A stretch of DNA of 32,000 bases from Candidatus Saccharimonadota bacterium (GTDB lineage Bacteria > Patescibacteriota > Gracilibacteria > UBA4473): positions 1,050,001-1,082,000 of the forward strand of contig OZ245819.1 in NCBI GenBank assembly GCA_965228485.1. The letters are read 5' to 3'. This document shows positions 10,364 to 18,494 of this stretch, piece by piece; position 1 is the stretch's first letter; each line of letters begins with the position of its first letter. The notes beneath the pieces are model-generated. The model did no database searches and had not been told where the DNA came from. It saw nothing but the letters and a program-made list of their open reading frames with translations. The position numbers were made by a program, and so were the translations under genes.

Positions 10364-10454
10364 ATTTTAATTTTTAATCGAGTATTATTTTATCATTTTT
10401 TTTGTGTTTTTTCTAGTTATCTCGATTAACGGCTTTTGTGGGGGGTGAAAATAC

Positions 10455-10483
10455 TTTAGAATACGCTCAGAATATGGTATAAT
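10455..10483 (+). promoter_or_regulatory. extended -10 promoter placing the TSS at or next to the ATG of the ATPase gene (leaderless)
   Basis: TTTAGA-17 nt-TGgTATAAT. The -10 ends at 10483 and the ATG A is at 10491, 7 nt beyond it. Confidence 0.5.
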
Positions 10484-10490
10484 TGACCGA

Positions 10491-12947
10491 ATGGATTGGA
10501 TTTTTATAGCGAAACTGGTGATTACATTGGGCATTCTTGGCGCCAGTTTATTTGGATATTTTTGGTATTTACGAAGGCAGAGAGATGTTGAGCGGAGTCT
10601 TGATTTTGTTTTTCTAAATGTTTTGATCCCGAAAAAAGATTCAAAAGATGATTTTGAACGAGAGCGAGATCAGACTTCAGAAATTAGAAAAGTTGTTGGA
10701 ACGGCAGAACACTTTTTTTCGGCTTTAAGTGGGCTTTATTCTTCCGATATTGACCGTTTTTGGAAAAGCCAAGAGTTTATTTCTTTGGAATACACCGCGG
10801 TAGACGGACAAATATTTTTCCATGTGGGTTGTGCTCGTGATATCAAAGATCTTGTAGAAAAGCAGATTACCAGTTTTTATCCAGAGGCTATTGTTGAAGA
10901 AGTTCCCGCGCCTCGATTATTTTCAGAAAAAGCCTATCAGTCTACAGGGTATTTGGTAGCAGATAAATCATTTGAATATCCTTTCAAGACTTACGTTCGG
11001 TTTGAATCTACTGATCCAATTAACAATATCTTAAATGCCCTATCTCAGGCTTCTGATGAAGAGGGTAATGCCGCTGGAATTCAGATGATGATTCGTCCAG
11101 CTAAATCAAACTGGCAATCAAAAACACGATCTAAATCGAAAGAATTAACCAGTGGAAAGAAAAAAATTGCTTGGTGGAACCCGCTTTCATTGTTAGGTGG
11201 TCTTTTGCAGATTGTCATTAAGGGCGCTGGAGATGATAGTTCTGGGGATAATAGTGAAGGGGGAGATCAAAATGAGTCTCAAGAATTGACTAAAGCTATG
11301 GAAGAAAAGGCTGAAAAGTTTGGATTTGAAACCATCATCCGTTGTGTGACTTCGTCTCCTCAACAACGACTGGCCGATACGAATTTGGCAAACGTATTAA
11401 ACGCCTTTGCACAGTTTGGTTCGCCGAACGCCAACGGATTTAAAGTAAAAAAATATCATTCTAAAAAAAGTTTGATACGAAATTATGTATGGAGGAACTT
11501 TAAACGTTCTTGGCATCCTCAAAACAAGATTGTTTTGTCGACTGAAGAACTGGCAACGATGTACCACTTTCCGCACATAAAATATAACAATATTCCTTCA
11601 GTTAAATGGCAGAATTATAAAGTGGTTCAATCTCCTAATAATATTCCAAAAGAAGGATTGCTTTTAGGACATAATACTTATCGAGGGAAAACGACTCCGA
11701 TCTATATGAAGAGAGATGATCGTTTTCGTCATTTCTATGTTATTGGACAGACGGGTACGGGGAAATCTTCGATTTTTCAGACTATGATTCGTCAGGATAT
11801 GATGAATGGAGATGGCTTTTGTGTAGTAGATCCACATGGGAGTTTGGTTGAAGATTTGTTGCCGTTTGTTCCGAAAGATCGAGTAGATGATGTGATTATT
11901 TTTGATCCCTCGGATCTTGAGCGACCAATGGGATTAAACCTTTTGGAAGCTGATAGTCCGGAAGAACAGGATATGGTGGCTTTGGATGCTATGAATATGA
12001 TGATCAAGCTCTTTGATGAAGAGACTTTTGGGCCACGGATTCAGGATTATTTCCGAAATGGAGTTTTGACTTTGATGGCAGATCCAAATGGAGGAGCTAT
12101 TACCGACATTATGAGATTATTTACCGATGATGCCTTTCAGCGATCAAAAGTAAAACACCTTAAAAATCCTGTAGTGAAAAGTTTCTGGACGAATCAAATG
12201 GCCAAAACTGGAGCGAGAGAGAAACAAGAAATTATTCCGTACTTTGCGGCTAAGTTTGGGCAGTTTTATACGAATGGAATGATTCGTAATATCATTGGAC
12301 AGACACAGTCTTCTTTTGATTTTACTGATGTTATGGATAACAAAAAGATTCTCTTTATGAATCTTTCTAAGGGAATGACGGGAGACTTTAATTCGAAATT
12401 ATTGGGGTTGATCATCGTTTCTAAAATTCAAACGGCAGCACTCCGAAGACAAAAACAGGCCAAAGGGGCGCGAAGTGACTTCTTTCTTTATATCGATGAA
12501 TTTCAGAATTATGTAACTGACTCTATTGAGTCGATTCTTTCAGAGGCTCGTAAATATCGTTTGGGATTGAATATTGCTCATCAGTATATGTCTCAAATTG
12601 ATACTTCTGGACAAAAGAAAGGGGTGAATTTAAAAGATGCGGTGCTCGGGAATGTGGGGACAATGATGTGTTATAAGATTGGTGCACAGGATGCAGAAGT
12701 AATGGCTAAAGAAATGGCTCCGACATTTACTGACCAAGATTTGATTAATATTGATAAGTATAAGGCGGTAATGAAACTTTCGGTTGATACTCAGCCATCT
12801 AAACCTTTTTCTATCACGCCTCAAAATCCTTATCTTGACAAAGGAAATTCAGATATGGCTTCAGCGCTTAAACAGATATCTCGATTGACCTACGGACGAA
12901 GTAAAAAGTTTGTTGAAAAAGAGATTTTTGCTCGATTAGATGTTTAG
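10491..12947 (+). CDS. membrane-anchored P-loop ATPase of the TraD/TraG/VirD4 (type IV coupling protein)-like family, with a large unknown N-terminal domain
   Basis: N-terminal TM helix (IAKLVITLGILGASLFGYFWYL). Walker A HFYVIGQTGTGKSS, Walker B FFLYIDEFQNY, then RKYRLGLNIAHQYMSQI resembling the coupling-protein (H/Q)QsxsQL motif. Residues about 30-400 match no family I can name. Confidence 0.6.
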   Translation: MDWIFIAKLVITLGILGASLFGYFWYLRRQRDVERSLDFVFLNVLIPKKDSKDDFERERDQTSEIRKVVGTAEHFFSALSGLYSSDIDRFWKSQEFISLEYTAVDGQIFFHVGCARDIKDLVEKQITSFYPEAIVEEVPAPRLFSEKAYQSTGYLVADKSFEYPFKTYVRFESTDPINNILNALSQASDEEGNAAGIQMMIRPAKSNWQSKTRSKSKELTSGKKKIAWWNPLSLLGGLLQIVIKGAGDDSSGDNSEGGDQNESQELTKAMEEKAEKFGFETIIRCVTSSPQQRLADTNLANVLNAFAQFGSPNANGFKVKKYHSKKSLIRNYVWRNFKRSWHPQNKIVLSTEELATMYHFPHIKYNNIPSVKWQNYKVVQSPNNIPKEGLLLGHNTYRGKTTPIYMKRDDRFRHFYVIGQTGTGKSSIFQTMIRQDMMNGDGFCVVDPHGSLVEDLLPFVPKDRVDDVIIFDPSDLERPMGLNLLEADSPEEQDMVALDAMNMMIKLFDEETFGPRIQDYFRNGVLTLMADPNGGAITDIMRLFTDDAFQRSKVKHLKNPVVKSFWTNQMAKTGAREKQEIIPYFAAKFGQFYTNGMIRNIIGQTQSSFDFTDVMDNKKILFMNLSKGMTGDFNSKLLGLIIVSKIQTAALRRQKQAKGARSDFFLYIDEFQNYVTDSIESILSEARKYRLGLNIAHQYMSQIDTSGQKKGVNLKDAVLGNVGTMMCYKIGAQDAEVMAKEMAPTFTDQDLINIDKYKAVMKLSVDTQPSKPFSITPQNPYLDKGNSDMASALKQISRLTYGRSKKFVEKEIFARLDV

Positions 12948-13297
12948 ACGTTAAGATCAGGATTCTCCTCTTTTAATTCAAGAGTTGCTTTGTGGGCTTT
13001 GTTCCATGGCATTTTTGCAGCTAAATTTTCTAAGAAAGGTTTTCCCGTTAGGCCTGATATTGCTAGGGGGATGGCCACCAGAAGAATCACAATTTTTTCA
13101 ATGGCTCCACCAAAGATTAGGCCAATAAAAAGTAGTAGAGACACTAACAAATGAACTTGCCGAGTCATTTTTAGTGAAACAAAATTGTGTTGCCATTTTT
13201 TAAATCGAGAGGAGGTATTTTCACCAACTTTGGAAAATTTATTGGTTTTAGAATCCTCACTTGTTACTTGATTTGTATCGTTGATCTCGTTGGACAT
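12944..13297 (-). CDS. small two-TM membrane protein (possibly DUF2892/YgaP-like)
   Basis: Hydrophilic N-terminus, then two hydrophobic helices (LLVSLLLFIGLIFGGAI and IVILLVAIPLAISGLTG). The GLTGxP segment resembles DUF2892. Its stop overlaps the ATPase stop. Confidence 0.5.
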   Translation of the reverse strand: MSNEINDTNQVTSEDSKTNKFSKVGENTSSRFKKWQHNFVSLKMTRQVHLLVSLLLFIGLIFGGAIEKIVILLVAIPLAISGLTGKPFLENLAAKMPWNKAHKATLELKEENPDLNV

Positions 13298-13348
13298 TTT
13301 TTTAAAATTTAATAGAACTTTCGCAGTCTATAATAGTCTTTTTTAGGG

Positions 13349-14311
13349 ATGTCACAAATTTGGTCCGATTTACCTCGTCCACTATTGGTGCTTGCACCAA
13401 TGGCAGGGTATACAGAAAGTCCGTTTAGGAGACTTATTCGAGACATTGAACCTTCAACAATTTTGGTGTCAGAACTTATTTCGGCAGAAGCGTTGCGTCG
13501 TCGTAATGAAAAGACTTTTCGAATGATTGAGTTTCTTCCAGAAGAGAAGCATTACTACGGAGTTCAGCTTTTTGGAAGCGAAGTAGGCGCTTTTATTGAA
13601 GCGGCAAAAATTGTAGAAGATCTTGGAGCTGATTTTATTGATCTTAATCTTGGTTGCCCTTCCCCAAAAGTTATTGGTTCCGGACATGGGTCAGCACTTT
13701 TGCAAAATCCTTGTGCTACGGCTGAAATGATTGCGGCTTTAGTAAAATCAACTTCGTTACCAGTAACGGTAAAGATGCGTTTAGGGTTTTATGATGATTC
13801 TAATCTTATTGAAACGGCCAAGAGTTTCGAAGCAGCAGGCATCCAAGCTTTAGCCATACATGGACGAACGACAAAGCAAAAATTTACAGGACAGGCTGAT
13901 TGGACAAAGATTTATGAAGTAAAAGAACATTTGAACATCCCCGTTATTGGTAATGGAGATGTTACTTCTGCGGCTATTGCAAAAGATCGATTAAAGAATT
14001 TAGATGGTATTATGATCGGGAGAGCGACTTGGCGTAATCCTTGGATATTTGCTCAGTGTCGAGAGGCTTTTGAAGGCAAAGAGGTTTCTTCAAAACCACC
14101 ACTATCAGAACAGTTGGATTTTTTTAGAAAACACGCTCGTTTAGCGATTGAATTTAAGGATGAAAAATGGGCGATGATAGAGCTTCGAAAACACTTTGCT
14201 CATTTTTGTCGTGGTTTTCGCGGGGCGGCTCAATTTCGAGAACGTTTGATTCGCCTGGAGTCACTCGATGAAATGGAGCGAATTTTTGATGAAATCCTCA
14301 ATAATTTATGA
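13349..14311 (+). CDS. dus: tRNA-dihydrouridine synthase
   Basis: LAPMAGYT start, DLNLGCP, KMRLG, IHGRT and GNGD motifs of the Dus FMN TIM-barrel family. 320 aa. Confidence 0.85.
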   Translation: MSQIWSDLPRPLLVLAPMAGYTESPFRRLIRDIEPSTILVSELISAEALRRRNEKTFRMIEFLPEEKHYYGVQLFGSEVGAFIEAAKIVEDLGADFIDLNLGCPSPKVIGSGHGSALLQNPCATAEMIAALVKSTSLPVTVKMRLGFYDDSNLIETAKSFEAAGIQALAIHGRTTKQKFTGQADWTKIYEVKEHLNIPVIGNGDVTSAAIAKDRLKNLDGIMIGRATWRNPWIFAQCREAFEGKEVSSKPPLSEQLDFFRKHARLAIEFKDEKWAMIELRKHFAHFCRGFRGAAQFRERLIRLESLDEMERIFDEILNNL

Positions 14312-14316
14312 TAAAT

Positions 14317-14349
14317 GAGCGTGGCGAAAGGTTCGTCACGCTCGTTTTC
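14317..14349 (+). terminator. intrinsic terminator of dus
   Basis: 12-bp stem GAGCGTGGCGAA / TTCGTCACGCTC with an AGG loop, followed by GTTTTCC, 6 nt after the stop. Confidence 0.7.
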
Positions 14350-14561
14350 CGCTTAGTTAGAAGGTTAAAACCATGAAAGCTACGCAGCAAATTATTAATA
14401 TTACTGCAATGTTGGATAGGCTTAGAAAATTTTTCACTTTTTCAATTCCCTCTTTGCGATTGGCTTTTGAGTGAAGCCTCTCTAAAAATTAGATGGCTTT
14501 TTCTACTGAAAGCTTATAGCTAATAAACCTTTTTTTTGATAAAGTCAAATTTTATTTTTTA

Positions 14562-14798
14562 GGAAAAGGGCGGTTTTGTGACCGCCCGATTTTTCCTCCT
14601 GCTCAAGTTTTCTTACTTCTTCACCTTGTTGGGAGTTTGAACTTTCTAAAAGCATAAAAGGCTCATGACTCCCAACAAAGAGATGCAGAATGTTTTTGAA
14701 AGAACGGTTTCACTAGGAGGAGCTGTCTTCGGAACAATAACATCAGCAAAGCTGAGTCTCCACCCACAAAAACAACTTTAGCAAGTGTATTTTTTGAT
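14562..14798 (-). ncRNA. candidate structured small RNA (about 235 nt), family unknown
   Basis: Bounded by a near-consensus minus-strand promoter (14805-14833) and the GC hairpin plus U-run at 14587-14562. No credible ORF. Contains a 13-bp hairpin and a 16-position 5'/3' closing helix whose G-U pairs only work in the minus-strand transcript. Confidence 0.4.
14568..14593. terminator. GC-rich hairpin terminator (usable on both strands)
   Basis: GGGCGGT-TTTGTG-ACCGCCC. On the plus strand it is followed by GATTTTT, on the minus strand by TTTTCCT. Confidence 0.6.
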
Positions 14799-14804
14799 AA
14801 CCTC

Positions 14805-14833
14805 ATTATAAAATGTTTTATATAAAAAGTCAA
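14805..14833 (-). promoter_or_regulatory. near-consensus sigma70 promoter on the minus strand (TTGACT-17 nt-TATAAT)
   Basis: Reverse complement of 14828-14833 is TTGACT and of 14805-14810 is TATAAT, with an exact 17-nt spacer. It points away from lysS into the spacer. Confidence 0.55.
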
Positions 14834-14922
14834 TTATCATGAATTGGTTTTTCATAAAGAAAACTATTGAGTTGAGAAAAATGTGATTTTATTAATAATG
14901 TCAGGGATTTATCGGAATTTTT

Positions 14923-16425
14923 ATGTCTGAAGAAAACCATTTGATTACGGAAAGAAAAGCGAAGATTGAAGATTGGCGTGCTTTGGGATTTGATCCTTAT
15001 GCGAAGAACTTTGATCGGACTCATACGGCGGTGCAAGCTATTGAGGAAATCGAAAATAATGAAAGTGCACTGAGAGATCCGAAGGAGATCATGGTTCAGC
15101 CGCATTCAGATCAGAGTGTTTGTGGGCGAATTATCGCGATGCGAGAGATGGGGAAGCTTGCCTTTTTGAGAATTCTAGATGTTTCAGGTGATTTTCAGGT
15201 GGCTTTGGCTCAGAATATTTTGGGTGATGATTTTAAGGCTTTATTGAAGGCTCTCGATATGGGAGATTACTGTGGTTTTAGTGGAGAGTTTTTTGTTACT
15301 AAGCATGGAGAGCCGAGTCTTATGGCGGCAAAAGTAACGCCATTGTCAAAGTCTCTTAGACCTCTTCCAGAAAAATGGCATGGACTTACAAATGTCGAGT
15401 CCTGTTATCGAGAAAGAAATCTAGATTTAATCTCTAATCAGGATTCATTTGAGCGTTTTAAGATTCGTTCACAGGTTATCAAAGCTGTTCGAGATTTTTA
15501 TGAAGAAAGAGATTTTATGGAAGTAGAAACCTCAGTACTTACTCCTCAGGCTGGAGGAGCTATGGCAAAGACTTTTCAAACTCATCATAACGCTCTAGAC
15601 CATGATTTTCATCTAAGGATTGCACTGGAGTTGCCTCTAAAAATTGTGTGTTCAGGAGGTTTTGAACGCGTATTTGAAATTGGGAAATGTTTCCGAAACG
15701 AAGGGACTGATCCTTCACATCTACAAGAATTTACTATGCTTGAATGGTATGCAGCGTATGTGAGTTTTGAGCAAAATATGGACTGGAATGAAACTATGCT
15801 TCGTGAGATTGCCGAAAAGGTTTTTGGAAAAACCACCTTTACGGTCAAAGATAAAAATGAAGTAGAGCATGAGATTGATTTTGCAAAACCATTTCCACGT
15901 TTGAAATTTTCAGACCTACTTAAAGACTACGCTAATTTTGATATGTTTTCAGCGACAGATGATGAAGTTCGAGCAAAAGCAAAAGAAGTTGGGGTTGAAA
16001 AAATCGAAGGAGTTGGAAGAGCTAATTTACTTGATGATATTTATAAAAAAACCGCACGGCCGAATTTAATTCAGCCTTGTTTTGTACTAGATTATCCAGA
16101 AGATTTAAAGCCTTTGGCCGCTCCAAATGGAGATGGTACGGCGAGTTGTTTTCAGGTTTTGATTGCGGGATGGGAGGTGATTAATGCTTATGGAGAGCTT
16201 ATTGATCCACAAGTTCAGCGAGCACTTCTTGAAAAACAAGCGGACTTTAAAGCGGGAGGAGATGAGGAGGCGATGGAGGTTGATGAGGTTTTCTTGAAGG
16301 CCATGGAACATGGTTTTCCACCAATGGCTGGTCAGGGGATGGGGATTGATCGAATTGTGACTCTGCTGACGGGGCAAGACAACCTTCGTGATGTGGTCCT
16401 TTTCCCAACTATGAAACCAGAATAA
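14923..16425 (+). CDS. lysS: lysine--tRNA ligase, class II
   Basis: N-terminal OB anticodon-binding region and class II motifs (FMEVETSVL, GGFERVFEIGKCFRNEG, GMGIDRIV). 500 aa. Confidence 0.9.
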   Translation: MSEENHLITERKAKIEDWRALGFDPYAKNFDRTHTAVQAIEEIENNESALRDPKEIMVQPHSDQSVCGRIIAMREMGKLAFLRILDVSGDFQVALAQNILGDDFKALLKALDMGDYCGFSGEFFVTKHGEPSLMAAKVTPLSKSLRPLPEKWHGLTNVESCYRERNLDLISNQDSFERFKIRSQVIKAVRDFYEERDFMEVETSVLTPQAGGAMAKTFQTHHNALDHDFHLRIALELPLKIVCSGGFERVFEIGKCFRNEGTDPSHLQEFTMLEWYAAYVSFEQNMDWNETMLREIAEKVFGKTTFTVKDKNEVEHEIDFAKPFPRLKFSDLLKDYANFDMFSATDDEVRAKAKEVGVEKIEGVGRANLLDDIYKKTARPNLIQPCFVLDYPEDLKPLAAPNGDGTASCFQVLIAGWEVINAYGELIDPQVQRALLEKQADFKAGGDEEAMEVDEVFLKAMEHGFPPMAGQGMGIDRIVTLLTGQDNLRDVVLFPTMKPE

Positions 16426-16428
16426 ATT

Positions 16429-16827
16429 ATGAACTTTGGCTTAAAACGTTTAGGAGAAGAAGGCGGAGAAGAATTGAAAGCCTTTTTTCAAGATCCTGAA
16501 ATTATTCATTTACAGGGGAATTGTCGTTTGGATAATTTATGTCCTTTGTCGATTGACTATGTTTTTGATGGAGAAGGACAAGTTTTGTCTGCGGTAACTC
16601 ATATAGATCGACAAATTTGTTGGTGTCTTACTCGTCCAGATCATCAAACGAGAGGGTTAGCCATGAAGCTTTTGGGAAGAGTCGTTCCAAAAATGCAGAT
16701 TGATCATGGAGCCGTTTATGTCGATGCGACAACTCTGGCGGGGGTAAAGCTTTGTGCAAAAGCAAAGGCAAAATTTCCTTATATAAACGTTACCGACCCT
16801 AATAATTTGGGGAATGGGGTTATTTGA
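16429..16827 (+). CDS. hypothetical protein (132 aa) with a weak GNAT-like motif
   Basis: Starts 3 nt after the lysS stop. CWCLTRPDHQTRGLAMKLLGRVV loosely resembles the GNAT beta4-alpha3 acetyl-CoA motif. No other support. Confidence 0.5.
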   Translation: MNFGLKRLGEEGGEELKAFFQDPEIIHLQGNCRLDNLCPLSIDYVFDGEGQVLSAVTHIDRQICWCLTRPDHQTRGLAMKLLGRVVPKMQIDHGAVYVDATTLAGVKLCAKAKAKFPYINVTDPNNLGNGVI

Positions 16828-16842
16828 TAATAATTTATTACT

Positions 16843-17406
16843 ATGATTACTCGAAATGATGCCTGGGATTTAGTTAGAGATCGTTGTGATTGGGCTTTGC
16901 AGAGACATCTGGCTCATGTGGCGGCGAGTATGGAAGCTTTGGCGTTTCACCTCGGGCATGAGGACCAAAAAGATGTTTGGTATATTACGGGCTTATTACA
17001 CGATATTGATTGGAACGAGACGATTGAGAATATGGAATTGCATTGTGCTGAGCCGACAATGCAGTATCTAAAAGATAATGGTGTCAGTGGTGAGGTTTGT
17101 GAGGCGATTCAGGCGCATCATCCTATTTTTGGAATTCCGGTTGATAGCGATTTGAAAAAAGCTTTATTAGCGGTTGATGAAATTTCTGGCTTTGCGGTAG
17201 CTGTGTCTCTAATGAGACCAACAAAAATGATGGGCATTTCACCAAAATCAATTACCAAAAAGATGAAGGACAAAAAATTTGCAGAAGCGGTTGATCGAGA
17301 GCATATGAAATTTTGTGAATCTTATTTTGATATCAGTGTTTCTGAGCTTTTGCTGATCCTAATTCCTGCTTGGGAAAAAATCGCTGAAAGCTGGGAGTTG
17401 ACTTAA
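16843..17406 (+). CDS. HD-domain metal-dependent phosphohydrolase (COG2316-like)
   Basis: H..HV, GLLHDIDW (the HD dyad), QAHHP, VDEISG and the C-terminal KKMKDKKFAEAVDRE pattern. Confidence 0.7.
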   Translation: MITRNDAWDLVRDRCDWALQRHLAHVAASMEALAFHLGHEDQKDVWYITGLLHDIDWNETIENMELHCAEPTMQYLKDNGVSGEVCEAIQAHHPIFGIPVDSDLKKALLAVDEISGFAVAVSLMRPTKMMGISPKSITKKMKDKKFAEAVDREHMKFCESYFDISVSELLLILIPAWEKIAESWELT

Positions 17407-17443
17407 TTTGAAATTAATATTTTTTTGTGATAAAATGCTCTGA

Positions 17444-18463
17444 ATGAGTATTGATCATTTGAATCGAGATCCAGCAGCTGAAGAGAAAGAACAAGCTTGT
17501 AGATATACGGCAGAAGCTTTGGGGAGCTTGCAGTGTGAAATTAAGGAGGAACGGAGTTATTTGGTGACTACGGCACAATATAGAGCTTCATTTCCAGATT
17601 ACTATTCTCCTCAGGTTGACAAACTTTTTGCTCCTTTTGAGGATCAAATTAATAATCAGTCAGAAGGGTTGTGGCAGCGGTTAGGGGTCAATCCTGATAA
17701 CTTAAAAGTAAACCCTCGAGCGTTTTTAGAAAATTTTATTCGTCGTGAATTGTCTTATTCAAATTATCCAGAGGGTGTTGAGAGAGGGGTTCGGTCTACC
17801 GTTGGGAATATTTCTGAAAGAGTTTCTGAGCAACTTCAGTTGGCACAGATATATAGTGGGCTTGGGGGAGATTATTCCCTGGGACCAATGCAGATTCGTC
17901 CATCTAATGCAGCTGCAGTATTTTTGTCTGGAAATGGACAATCAGTTCCTGCTGGAGCTGATCCAGAGAAGATTATGGAGCAGTTTCACGAGTTTATGGA
18001 AAATAATCCTGATAAGGATTTTCCAGAAATGGAAAATGATTCTCGGTGGGATATGGTTGGAAGAGAGACCTTTCGTTTACGGATTCTTCTAGATAAGTAT
18101 GTGTTGGATGAGGCTGGGGCGCTGGATACAGCGGTTTCGATGCTGGCAATGAAAATGCCTGGAGCAGGAGAACCTATTCCAGCTTATGTTTATCCAGAAG
18201 GACATAGAACTCGAATTTCTATAAGTGCTCAAGAAGGAGGATATCAGCACACAATGATAGATCCTCATAGTGGCGCTCGACGTTCTCATGTCATTACACC
18301 AGAAGAGATGCGGTTAGCCTCTGCCTTGGCGGCCTATCAGGGGTATGGATTGAGTTTTGCAACAAAGGATCCAACTTCGACTCCGGGAGAGAGAATATCT
18401 TTAAGTGGTACAGATGCTCTGAGTCCTGAGGTTATGGCGACGGTGTCTCCAAATATTAGTTAA
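17444..18463 (+). CDS. hypothetical protein (339 aa) with a lytic-transglycosylase-like motif
   Basis: Long ORF in operon-like spacing. SEQ...(19 aa)...GPMQIRPSNAA resembles the SLT-domain ES...GLMQxxPxTA signature. No signal peptide or TM helix seen. Confidence 0.5.
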   Translation: MSIDHLNRDPAAEEKEQACRYTAEALGSLQCEIKEERSYLVTTAQYRASFPDYYSPQVDKLFAPFEDQINNQSEGLWQRLGVNPDNLKVNPRAFLENFIRRELSYSNYPEGVERGVRSTVGNISERVSEQLQLAQIYSGLGGDYSLGPMQIRPSNAAAVFLSGNGQSVPAGADPEKIMEQFHEFMENNPDKDFPEMENDSRWDMVGRETFRLRILLDKYVLDEAGALDTAVSMLAMKMPGAGEPIPAYVYPEGHRTRISISAQEGGYQHTMIDPHSGARRSHVITPEEMRLASALAAYQGYGLSFATKDPTSTPGERISLSGTDALSPEVMATVSPNIS

Positions 18464-18494
18464 TTTTGGAGAATTGTTTATTATTGCAAAAAAA

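Noticed and set aside
14373-14781. Small plus-strand ORFs in the dus-lysS spacer (33 aa at 14373-14474; 38 aa at 14665-14781)
   Set aside because: No promoter or start context, no recognisable motif, and the second overlaps the better-supported minus-strand RNA candidate. They cannot be supported from sequence alone.
14562-14920. Known RNA identities for the spacer: SRP RNA, tmRNA, RNase P RNA, or a T-box or lysine riboswitch for lysS
   Set aside because: I could not find the SRP helix-8 motif (GGAA loop with AGCAGC), a tRNA-like T-arm/ACCA end, the GGAAAGUCC of RNase P, the T-box AAnnnGGGUGGnACCGCG sequence, or L-box features on either strand. An Rfam scan is still needed.
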